A stretch of 64,000 nt of DNA from Octopus vulgaris (Eukaryota): NCBI GenBank assembly GCA_951406725.2, contig OX597829.1, positions 21,452,001 to 21,516,000 of the forward strand. The letters are read 5' to 3'. Made by a program: the position numbers and the translations under genes. Within the stretch, counting starts at the first letter, position 1. Each line of letters opens with the position of its first letter. The notes under the pieces were generated by a model that searched no databases, had not been told where the DNA came from, and saw only the letters and a program-made list of their open reading frames with translations. Positions 52,157 to 63,189 of this stretch are shown here, piece by piece.

Positions 52157-52261
52157 ATATCTTAATTATATTTAATTTATATAAAAATTTTTATGTATTG
52201 GATTAAGTCTTTCTTTGTTTGATTTGCATAATAGTGGTTTTGTCTCTAATTAATATTATAT

Positions 52262-52648
52262 CATCATCATCATCATCGTCGTCGTTTAACGTCCGCTTTC
52301 CTTGCTAGCATGGGTTGGACGGTTTGACTGTGGGCTGGCAAACCAGATGGCTGCACCAGGCTCCAGTCTTGATCTGGCAGAGTTTCTACAGCTGGATGCC
52401 CTTCCTAACGCCAACCACTCCGAGAGTGTAGTGGGTGCTTTTATGTGCCACCGGCACAGGGGCCAGTCAGGCGGTCCTGGCGACGACCTCGCTCGAATTT
52501 TTTTTATACATGCCAGTAAGGCGATGCTGGTAACGATCCCGCTCGAATGGTGCCTCCTACATGCCACCAGCACAGAAGCCAGTTAGCCGCTCTGGCAACG
52601 ATCATGCTCTTGGCACCCTACTGGCACGGGGCACAAGTGCCAGTACCC
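52262..52648 (-). mobile_element. RTE LINE 3' UTR fragment
   Basis: (CAT)n tail followed by the family tail and repeat units. It truncates the right arm of the PLE inverted repeat. Confidence 0.85.
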
Positions 52649-52682
52649 CGTGATGATGATGATGATGGCACACACACACACA

Positions 52683-52760
52683 CACATAACTCTGCTATGG
52701 TCAGTCCCAAGCCGGATTAAGAAAACAGGTTGGCAAGCATTGGGTCAGCCATCCTGCTTT
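52683..52760 (+). ncRNA. Degenerate twister ribozyme-like motif
   Basis: UAA-CUCU-GC-uaugguca-GUCCCAAGCC-gg-auua-AGAA-aacagguugg follows twister P1-type motif order, but the 3' GAGGG and P1 are eroded. Confidence 0.45.
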
Positions 52761-52860
52761 ATCAAATTTTCAACATTGTTATGGAAATACCTACAAGAGA
52801 ACAGGTTTTCTGTTGGTGCTCTATGCTCCACATGGAGTTAAAGGACTGGGGAACAATAAG

Positions 52861-52899
<39 letters not shown>

Positions 52900-53231
52900 C
52901 CAATGAGTTTTCATAAGTGATTAAAAAACAACAACAGGCACTCATATATCAGATAATACAGTACTATGAATTTCTACTCGTAAAAGCCAATTTATGTCAT
53001 CAAATGGTTTCATGCAGAAGAACCACTGAAAAGTGTTGAGACAAATTTACAATCATCAGGCATTTTCCTTTCAACTCTGATGTCTGATGACTTGATCTTC
53101 TTCAACGCTTTTTGTTTTATCTTTTCTCAATATGAAACCATTGGTAACATAAATTGGTTGTTATGAGGCTATATTTTATGTCATATGATTATATGTGTGT
53201 GCGGATGGAGATATATAGATATATATGTTTG

Positions 53232-53846
53232 GAGAAGCTATCAAAATCAAGAGGTGAGGCAAGATCAGCAAAGGCATCCTCCTCCTGCAGGACAACGCTC
53301 CGGTCAACTCGCGTGTCGCCAGATCAGAAGCACAGGCGTGCGGCTATGAACTCCTCCCCCATCCCCCTACTCTCCCGACCTTGCACCCTCTGATTTTCAT
53401 CTCTTCCCAGCCATGAAGTTGTTTTTGAAAGGAAAGCGTTTCCCAGATGATGCAGCCTTGATTTCTGAAGTTACGTCGTAGTTGGAGGACCAAGCTGGGG
53501 TCTTCTACAAAAACGGTCTCCAGAGCTTTTCTCTCATCGTTTGATGCAGCTCTGGAGACCGTTTTTGTAGAAGACCCCAGCTTGATCCTCCAACTACGAC
53601 GTAACTTCAGAAATCAAGGCTGCATCATCTGGAAAACGCTTTCCTTTCAAAAACAACTTCATGGCTGGGAAGAGATGAAAATCAGAGGGTGCAAGGTCGG
53701 GAGAGTAGGGGGATGGGGGAGGAGTTCATAGCCGCACACCTGTGCTTCTGATCTGGCGACACGCGAGTTGTTGACCGGAGCGTTGTCCTGCAGGAGGAGG
53801 ATGCCTTTGCTGATCTTGCCTCGCCTCTTGATTTTGATAGCTTCTC
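53232..53846. repeat. ~296-bp fold-back inverted duplication of the mariner 3' region
   Basis: Arms 53232-53527 and 53548-53846 with a 20-nt spacer. Confidence 0.95.
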
Positions 53847-54697
53847 TTAATTTCCTCAAAAGTGAAGCACTATAGGCTCCTGTAATTGTGGTACCGTTTG
53901 CCAGGAAATCTGTCATCATTACTCCGTCCTGGTCCCAGAAGATTGTGAGCATGATCTTGCCAGTGGAGGGCTGCACACTTGCCTTCTTTGGAGGAGGTGA
54001 GTCACGGTGCTTCCACTGCATTGACTGAGCTTTGGTCTCTGGATCATAGTGATGGACCCAGGTTTCATCCTGTGTAATCAGTCTTTTGAAAAATTTTGAC
54101 TCATCTTCTTGGCACATCTCCAAATTTATCCTCGAACACTCAACGCGTTCTTGCTTCTGGAAAGGTGAGAGCAACCTGGGAATCCATCTGGCAGACACCT
54201 TTTGCATATGCAAATAGTCATGAATGATAGTTTCCACAGACCCGGTACTAATCTTGACCTCATGGACTATTTGGCGAATAGTTATGCGTCGATCTTCCAA
54301 AATGGCAGCCTCAACTTGACGGACAGATACCTCATCAATGGCAGAAGTGGGGTGACCAGATCTGGGAGCTGTTTCCACAGAGTTCCGACCATGTTTGAAT
54401 TCACGATACCAGCATTTTACAAGGTCATATGATGGGGCATCATCACCATAAGTTACTTTCATTTCAGCAAAAGTCTCCCGTGGTGTGCGTCCTTTCAAAT
54501 ACAAAAACCGGATCACTGTTCGACACTCAACAGGCTCCATTTCACACTTGACTCAGTTCAAACACCTGTAAATCAGAAACCACAATTAGTTCAGAGCTGT
54601 AATTTGCCACTTAATTTATAGAGATATCAATAATTGCACATGCAGATCAAAAAACTGCAAGTGGGCCAGAGGCATTACTTATTGAACGCCCCTCGTA
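53528..54697 (-). mobile_element. mariner element (irritans-like) with a transposase pseudogene; 3' TIR lost
   Basis: ORF 54540-53659: HTH region, WIPRLL, ITQDETWVHHYDPETK, MLTIFWD, LLQDNAP. Frameshift at HPP/YSPDLAPSDF and a later TAG. 5' end TA-cgaggggcgttcaataagtaatgcc at 54697-54671. Confidence 0.95.
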
Positions 54698-54703
54698 TAT
54701 ATA

Positions 54704-55655
54704 TCGCGAGAAATGAAGCCAGTATGCTCCGATGGATGTGTAATGTCAGTGTGCATGCTCGACAGAGCGTTAGTACCCTGAGAGAAATGTTGGACCTAAG
54801 GAGCATCAGTTGTGGTGTGCAAGAGAGACGATTGCGCTGGTATGGTCAAGTGGCGAGAATGGATGAAGATAGGTGTGTGAAAAAGTGCCAATCTCTAGCA
54901 GTGGAGGGAACCCGTGGAAGAGGTAGACCCAGGAAAATTTGGGACGAGGTGGTGAAGCACGACCTTCGAACTTTAGGTCTCACTGAGGAAATGACTAGCG
55001 ACCGAGACCTTTGGAAATATGCTGTGCATGAAAAGACCATGCAGAACAAGTGAGTCCAGCCCACTTATGCATGCCTTTCCTCCCTTGGACACACAAAGAC
55101 CTGTTGAGGCAAGCGAAGTCGATATCGAACCTCATCCGACGACAGGCACCTATGCCAACCCCCCTTTGCTTGCGAAGACCTGTTGGGGCAAGTGAAATCA
55201 AAATCGGAATCGAAATTGAACCAATCCTATGACTGGCACCCGGCAGATGCCAGGACCCCTGGACTGGAGATACGTAAAAAGCACTATCCGAATCGTGGCC
55301 GATGCCAGCGCCGCCTCAACTGGCTTCTGTGTCGGTGGCATGTAAAAAGCACCATCCGAATCGTGGCCGAAGCCAGTGCCGCCTCGACTGGCTTCCGTGC
55401 AGGTGGCACGTAAAATGCTCCAATCCGACTGTGGCCGATGCCAGCCTCGCCTGGCACCAGTGCAGGTGGTACGTAAAAAGCACCCACTACACTCATGGAG
55501 TGGTTGGCGTTAGGAAGGGCATCCAGCTGTAGAAACATTGCCAGATAAGACCGGAGCCTGGTGCAGCCTTCTGGCTTGCCAGATCCCCGGTCGAACCATC
55601 CAAGCCATGCTAGCATGGAGAACAGATGCTAAACGATGATGATGATGATGATGAT
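54704..55655 (+). mobile_element. 5'-truncated RTE LINE
   Basis: RNEASMLRWMCNV...ERRLRWYGQVARM...GTRGRGRPRKIWDEVVKHDL...DRDLWKYAV (RTE ORF C-terminus), 3' UTR repeat units and (GAT)n tail. Confidence 0.93.
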
Positions 55656-55773
55656 ATACCTTATTATTAAAGCTGCAAAACATCACACATGTTAATAATA
55701 AAGCATATTACCCCACCTCCAGTATTCGAGTACTATTTTTCCCACCTTGTTTCACATTTGTATGCTTACACTG

Positions 55774-55818
<45 letters not shown>

Positions 55819-56110
55819 CACACGCACATATACATACATACATATATAAAATTAAAATTAAAATGAGGGTGAAAAATTGGATATTAATTTGATAGCATCA
55901 ATTTAACACCAGTGGTCTAGCATATTAAAAAACTGAGGTTCAGTAAATAGTATTACATACATATGAGCGGGATTACCACTAAGTGAACACCCTAATTCTA
56001 GAAGTAGATCCGCTATGGTCTTACAACTAAGAAATGTTCTCTAGAAAATTTAGCAAACACCAGAAACATATGTGAGCAAGACAAATGAAAAGTAACAAAA
56101 ATAAAGATTA

Positions 56111-56186
56111 ATCATAAACAATGTTTCACTATTAAGAGATTACATAATTTTACTAATGCAATTTGTCTGTAGATCTTCAGTACGAT
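56111..56186 (-). ncRNA. Hammerhead-like fold in an AT-rich repeat (about 55845-56340)
   Basis: Minus strand: aucgua CUGAAGA u-cua...uag-u GAAA cauu GUU uaugau. 6-bp stem I, weak stem II. Confidence 0.5.
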
Positions 56187-56343
56187 CGTCCATACAAATA
56201 TAATTTGCAGAACTACACACCAGACATCTGCACGAGGTCGAACATGTATGTGGTTCTACCTATTACACTTGTGGTTATTTTTCAAAAGTCCTTGTTTCGG
56301 CACGCTAAATTACCGGAAATGATACTGCATAAAATAATTTAGC

Positions 56344-57175
56344 GAGAGAGACGACTGTGCTGGTATAGTCATGTGGCGAGAATGGATGAGGATAGCTGTG
56401 TGAAAAGTGCCACACCCTAGCAGTTGAGGGAACCTGTGGAAGAGGTAGACCCAGGAAGACCTGGGATGAGGTGGTGAAGCATGACCTTCGAACATAAGGC
56501 CCCACTGAGACAATGACTAGTGACCGAGACCTTTGGAAATATGCTGCGCTTGAGAAGACCCGGCAAGCCAAGTGAGACCATAACCTGTGGCCTATACCAG
56601 AGGTGTAACAAGCCCATTTATGCATACTTTTCCTTCATTGGACACTAAACTCTGCTTGCAAAAACCTGTAGAGGCAAGCAAAATTGAAGTCAAATTCGAT
56701 GACTGGCACTAGTGGAGCATTAAGAGTACCATCCGAGCGTGGTCATTGCTAGAGCAGCTGACTGGCACCTGTGCCAGTGGTACATAAAAAGTACCATTTG
56801 AGCGTGACCATTACCAGCTGCACCTCACTGGCATTTGTGCCAGTGGCACGTGAAGAAATATTCGAGTGAGGTAGTTGCCAGTGCTGCTGAACTGGCTCCT
56901 TTGTACGTGGCACCAGTTGAGCATGGCTGTTGCCAGTACCACCTGACTGGCCCTTGTGCCGGTAGCACGTAAAAGCACCCAATACACTCTCAGAGTGGTT
57001 GGCATTAGGAATGGCATCCAGCTGTAGAAACTCTGCCAGATCAGATTGGAACCTGGTGCAGCCATCTGGTTCGCCAGTCCTCAGTCAAATCGTCCAATCA
57101 ATGCTAGCATGGAAAGTGGACATTAAACGATGATGATGATGATGATGATGATGATGGTGGTGGTGATGATGATAT
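56344..57175 (+). mobile_element. 5'-truncated RTE LINE
   Basis: Same RT C-terminal nucleotide sequence as 54820-55050 with stops, diverged UTR units and a (GAT)n tail. Confidence 0.9.
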
Positions 57176-57680
57176 GATGATGGCTACTCCCTTGTTATTG
57201 AGTATGGCAATTGCACAAGGCTTAACTGTTAACGGTACTGTAATTGAACATAACTTTTTAGCCCAGCTCAAGATCTATAATGTCTTGTACAGAATTGGCA
57301 ACTAAAACCTTTACCGGCAATAGCTAGCTGTAGTTGTAACTGGGCTTCATTTACCTTTGCCTGTCATTTAAGTCATGTCGCCAATTACACTCCCTTCTAC
57401 ATGCCTGACAGATATGATTAGTATGGTGTGTAGCATCACAACCAGCAGCCTGGTTGTCAATAAGTTGTCTCACTTTATGACTATGAAGATGACTCTTGAG
57501 TCCAGCTTTACTGAGGCAGTGTTTTGCACAGACACTGCATATCAGCATCATAGGAAGACCCTTACTGTCTGGAAGTACAACAGCAATGCCCTTCCTGACA
57601 TCCTTCCTTACTTTCTCTTGTGCAACTCAAAAGTAGCTGTCCCCTCATGCACAATCCTTCTCCACTTGCTCCCAATGGTT
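57176..57680 (-). mobile_element. 3' fragment of a different RTE-like LINE with C-terminal C2H2 fingers
   Basis: ORF 57551-57351: CSVCAKHCLSKAGLKSHLHSH and a second CQAC motif. Ends in a (CAT)n tail back-to-back with the plus-strand RTE tail. Confidence 0.6.
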
Positions 57681-58641
57681 TAACCGCGCTATTGAGTATT
57701 CAGTCCAATTATTTCTATGTCCCCGTGCAAGATACAGCCATAAGCTGGATAAAATAGTTATAAGGGAGAAAAAATAAAAAAAACATGTACAATATATAAA
57801 AAAATATTGATATACAAAATATACATAAAATATATGATATGGAATATATAAAAATATATATAATGAGCAAACTATAAAAATATACAATATATAAAAATTA
57901 GTGAGAAAAAGGGAAATATACAGAAAATATATAATTACATACATATTGGTTGGCCGTTGATTCTCAAGAGTTCCTCCGCCCTTTGACGGGTTTTGTTTTT
58001 CATCCCACAGGGTGTCCAATAAACACCCTCCTCACCAAGCAAGCATGAATGTATGTATGTTTGTATGTTTGTATGTAAGTATGTATGTTTGAACGTACAT
58101 ATGTACATACATATGTATGTATTAATGTATGTATTTATGTATGTATATGTATGTGTGTCTATGTATGCATGTATGTATGTATGTATGTATGTGTCTATGT
58201 ATGTATGTATGTATGTATATATGTATGTATGTATGTATGTGTCTATGTATGTATGTATGTATGTGTCTATGTATGTATGTATGTATGTGTCTATGTATGT
58301 ATGTATGTATGTATGTATGTATGTATGTATGTATGTATGTATGTATGTATGTATGTGTCTATGTATGTATGTATGTATGTATGTATACATGTATGTATGT
58401 ATGTATGTATGTATGTATGTATGTATGTATGTATGTATGTATGTATGTATGTATGTACCTATAGAACAATGTCGGTGTGTCAATGACCAAGTTGTAGTCA
58501 TATGACTCTTAAACATTTGACAATTTGATATATAAAGAAATCTGTTACAAAATAAACAAAAATCAATACAAAAATTTGTGTGCATAAAACTTTGTTTGTG
58601 CATGTGTGTGTGTGTACGTGTTCATGTATTAGTGTATATTG

Positions 58642-58709
<68 letters not shown>

Positions 58710-59124
58710 ATGTGTGTAAATTAAATGATTGTCATGGCTTTCCTAGATGCAATGGTTTCAGTTTCCACACAGTCTCAGTTCCAGACACTTAACCAAAAAT
58801 ATGCAACTCAAGAACTCCCCTTCTTACCTCTCTCTCTCTCTCTCTCTCTCCCTCCTCTCTCTCTCCCTCCTCTCTCTCTCCCTCTCTCTCCTAAATCTTC
58901 TTTCAACTAAAAATATTTCTCTTTATATTTCTTTCTTCCTCTTCTTCTCTTACTTGCTGACTCTCAACCATTTTTGCCTATAAACCCCTTTGATGACTGT
59001 TATATTCTGGTGGACTCCCATAGCTGTTTGATGTTTAAAAAGTACTGGAAAAAAAACATGTGATTTACGCATTTTTTTCACGAAAATAAAAATAAACTTT
59101 AGTGGGTGCATAAATTACATTCAC

Positions 59125-59468
59125 TTTTCTCTTTCTCTTTTACTTGTTTCAGTCAGTTGACTGCGGCCATGCTGGAGCACCGCCTTTAGTCGAGCAACTC
59201 GACCCCGGGACTTATTCTTTGTAAGCCCAGTACTTACTCTATCGGTCTCTTTTGCCGAACCGCTAAGTGACGGGGACGTAAACACCAGCATTGGTTGTCA
59301 AGCAATGCTAGGGGGACAAACACAGACACACAAACACACACACATACATATATTTATACATATATACGACAGGCTTCTTTCAGTTTCTGTCTACCAAATC
59401 CACTCACAAGGCATTGGTCGGCCCGGGGCTACAGCAGAAGACACTTGCCGAAGATGCCACACAGTGGA
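59125..59468 (-). mobile_element. tRNA-derived SINE family B, 5' head missing
   Basis: Matches 48311-48660 and is cut off by unrelated sequence at about 59470. Confidence 0.88.
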
Positions 59469-59669
59469 TTGTTTCCGGAATTTTTTAGAAATTTTTTTTT
59501 GTTATAAAAAGCCATACAAAACATAAACATTTGTACCGGAAGTTGGCACATTTAATGTCAGAATAAGTTTTTACAGAAAAAATAAGGGTTTAAATATAAT
59601 AAAGTTGACTTTTATTTGTGCTGGAGGGTATAATACTGACTTTTTCTGTATAAATTTACTAAAACCATT

Positions 59670-60242
59670 AAATAGTTTACTTTTTGAAGTCTGATGTTCA
59701 TGCTGGTAATTAGTGTCCAGGTCATATTTTACATATTTTACTCGGTTGAGTAAAGTGTCATCCAAGCTGATGTTTATTGGTAGCAATATCGTTTCCCTCA
59801 TTGCTATCTTCACTGTTTGAGAAGAGTATTAAGAATAATCTCGTTCGAGATTACAAACATCTTCGGCTAGTTTAACATTGTTGTAAACACTAATTCGATT
59901 GGCTGACACGTGGTCTCTACTACGTTCGCACCGCTGGTTGTCACGTGACGCGATTTGCCTCCGCTTATTTTCGCGCCTTTGTTCCAAGCAGCCAATCACA
60001 GCTTTCCATTTCTGAAGTTAGTTTTGAGCCCAATAAACCTTTTAAAAGAAGGGTTCTCAGACAAATATTCGTCTTAGGTTTTTAGTTCTTTTCAGAGCTA
60101 AGCCTGAATGAGTGTAACGATATTGCTACAAATAGTTTACTTTTTGAAGTCTGATGTTCATGCTGGTAATCAGTGTCCAGGTCATATTTTACATATTTTA
60201 CTTGGTTGAGTGAAGTGTCATCCAAGCTGATGTTTATTGGTA
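59670..60242. repeat. 113-bp direct repeats flanking a CpG-rich promoter-like core (probable DNA-transposon interior)
   Basis: 59670-59782 and 60130-60242 are nearly identical. Confidence 0.85.
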
Positions 60243-60491
60243 ATTAAACTTAATTTGCAACAGCAGTACATATTTATCAGCTTTGTTTTTGTTGATAATT
60301 CTTATCAACAACTTTTCCTGTAATCGTGATTTGAGAAGACATACAGCAGTATGCTAAAGATTGGACACAATTTCTTGTGGGCAAGAAATCTAAAATAAAG
60401 TTTATTATAAATAACACCTGTTAAGCAGAAATTATTTTTATTTAATGAAAATTTAATAAAATCTAATCAGAAGTAAGTGAAATTATACTAA

Positions 60492-61642
60492 ATAACTGCT
60501 AGAATAAGAATAGCCTGGGCAAAGTTTAGGGAGCTCTTACCTCTGCTGGTGACTAAAGGCCTCTCGCTCAGAGTAAAAGGCAGACTGTATGATGCATGTG
60601 TACGAACAGCTATGCTACATGGCAGTGAAACATGGGCCGTGACTGCTGAGGACATGCGTAAGCTCGTGAGGAACGAAGCCAGTATGCTCCGATGGATGTG
60701 TAATGTCAGTGTACTTACTCGACAGAGCGTTAGTACCTTGAGAGAAATGTTGTACCTAAGAAGCATCAGTTGTTGTGTGCAAGAGAGACGATTGCGCTGG
60801 TATGGTCAAGTGGCGAGAATGGATGAAGATAGGTGTGTGAGAAAGTGCCAATCCCTAGCAGTTGAGGGAACCCGTGGAAGAGGTAGACCCAGGAAAACCT
60901 GGGACGAGGTGGTGAAGCACGACCTTCGGACGTTAGGTCTCACCATGGAAATGACTAGAGACCGAGACCTATGGAAGTATGCTGTGCGTGAGAAAACCCG
61001 GCAAGACTAGTGAAGCCATAATCCGTGGCCCCTACCTGGGACGTAGTCAGTCCACCTGTGCATACCTTCCTTCTTGTGACACTTGTGAAGACCTGTTGAG
61101 GCAAGTGAGAATCGAATCGTATCGAATCAAATCGAACCAAATCAAAATAGATGAACATCAATGGAATTTGTATCCTTGTGGTACCAGTGCCGGTGGCACA
61201 TAAGAAAACCATCCGAACGTGACCGTAGCCAGTACCACAATGACTGGCCTCCGTGCTGAGGGCACGTAACAAACACCATCCGAGCGTGGCTGTCCGCCAG
61301 CCTCGTCTGGCACCTGTGTCGGTGACACATAAGAAAACACCATCCGAGCGTGGCCGTCTGCCAGCCTCGTCTGGCACCTGTGTCGGTGGCACATAAAAAA
61401 CACCATCCGAGCGTGGCCGTCTGCCAGCCTCGTCTGGCACCTGTGTCGGTGGCACATAAAATCACCCACTACACTCTCGGAGTGGTTGGCGTTAGGAAGG
61501 GCATCCAGCTGTAGAAACACTGCCACATCTGACTGGCCTGGTGCAGCCTTCGGGCTTCCCAGACCCCAGTTGAACCGTCCAACCCATGCTAGCATGGAAA
61601 GCGGACGTTAAACGATGATGATGATGATGATGATGATGATGA
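60492..61642 (+). mobile_element. 5'-truncated young RTE LINE
   Basis: Open ORF 60549-61010 (KGRLYDACVRTAMLHGSETW...RLRWYGQVARM...RGRPRKTW), structured 3' UTR array and (GAT)n tail. Confidence 0.95.
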
Positions 61643-63154
61643 CAACTAAACTGAAAATCTTTTTCCCCTGGCCATATTGGCAGTTCTGAAAACTTTTGTA
61701 TGCAAATTTTACATGAGTAGAAGCTTTTTTTAAACTATTTTTATCATGAAAATCACCTGCATAAATTACACAGCTGCACAAATTACATGGGTTTTTACAG
61801 AGTTTTATAGAAACTTCTTTCAAAATTCCTATTTTGCTTTTCACGCATTAACTTGTGTACGTCACATTAACTTGTGTCTCACCTCATGGCACCTTAGGCA
61901 AGTGTCTTCTACTATAGCCTCAGGCCAACCAAAGCCTTGTGTGTGAATTTGGTAGAAGGAAATTGAAAGAAGCCTGTCATATATGAGTGTGTACATGCAA
62001 GTGTGTGTGTCTTTGTGTTTGTGTTTATCTCCCACCACCACTTGACAACTGGTGTTGGTGTGTTTACATCCTTGTAACTTAGTGGTTCAGCATATTTGGC
62101 AAATGAGACTGATAGAATGCGTACCAAGCTTTAAAAATTAATACAGGAATTGATTCATTTGAGCTGTTATAATCATGCCTAAAACAGCAAAAATACGACA
62201 TTCACAACATTAGAGATTACTGAGTTTTCTCAATTATTCTGTGTGTGTGTGCATACATGCATGTGTGTGTGTGTGTGCATGCATGTGTGTGTGTGTGTGT
62301 GTGCATGCATGTGAGTGTGTGTGTATAACAAATAACCACCATTAAGGATGTGACACTTCATTTGCACAAATCTATCCAACTGATGCCAACATGGATAAAC
62401 TGGTCAGAAAAGAATTATGGGAATGATTTCCAACACAGGCACTGGCCAAAAATCTTAGAGTACTAACCAATTGGTTGTGTTGATTCCCGGTATTTGACAA
62501 CCACTTACTGGATTGGTACCTGAAAAATGGAAGGCAAAATTGATTTCTGAGGAACTTAGTATAAAGAGACATAACTAACTAATGCCAGCTGCTCTAATCC
62601 TGCAGCTTTCTGGCATTTAGGATATAAGATAATACATTCAATCTCAGAACTTGATTGTTTATTGATTTTATCAGGCCTTGAAGAATAAAAACCACAAAAA
62701 AAATAAACCTATCAGAGATTGAACTCTGCAATGTAGAGGAACATACACAATCAGACTTTACCACCTCTAAAACATCTAAAAAGTACTCCAAGGACTTGAA
62801 GGGGTTCCTTAATTCTTATCAGCTGCATTTCCCTAAATAATGTAAAAAAAATACTCCGAGGAGTTCAAGGAGGCCTCTAACTCTTACTAGCTACAATTTC
62901 CTACACAACATCAAAACAATACTGCCAGGAGTTGAAGAAGGTTTAAATCTCAATGTCATGTCCAAAACTCTTACCAACAGCAATCCACAACTCACAGAAA
63001 GATTTCAAACATACCTGTACATCTTTTTCAAAAAGGCCATTTTTCTGGATGATTCTGGCCACATTGTCATGCTTGAGCTCATATTTAGTTTGTGCTATTT
63101 TTGAACATTCTGAATGTCACATGGAAGATAGGCTTGCCCCTTTTACCACACAAT

Positions 63155-63189
<35 letters not shown>

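Larger units (their letters stand above)
51015..52261 (-). mobile_element. Penelope-like retroelement fragment with an inverted 5' duplication
   Basis: ORFs 51964-51584 and 51538-51227 are one frame split by a single TGA. PLE-RT motifs: DKTRNLYKL, ITLKDHNDNF...PKVRLICPCKSDLGKLSK, FIQIDIDNYYSSI, FDIPMGAPDSAQATDLV. About 305-bp inverted repeat at 51103-51407 / 51957-52261. Confidence 0.9.

Noticed and set aside
53659-54540. Active mariner transposase
   Set aside because: Frameshift before the third catalytic Asp motif, a downstream stop and loss of the 3' TIR.
59460-59466. CACAGTG as a Transib/RAG RSS heptamer terminus
   Set aside because: It overlaps the expected SINE sequence (gccacgcagtggga). 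No nonamer, matching right end or transposase was seen.
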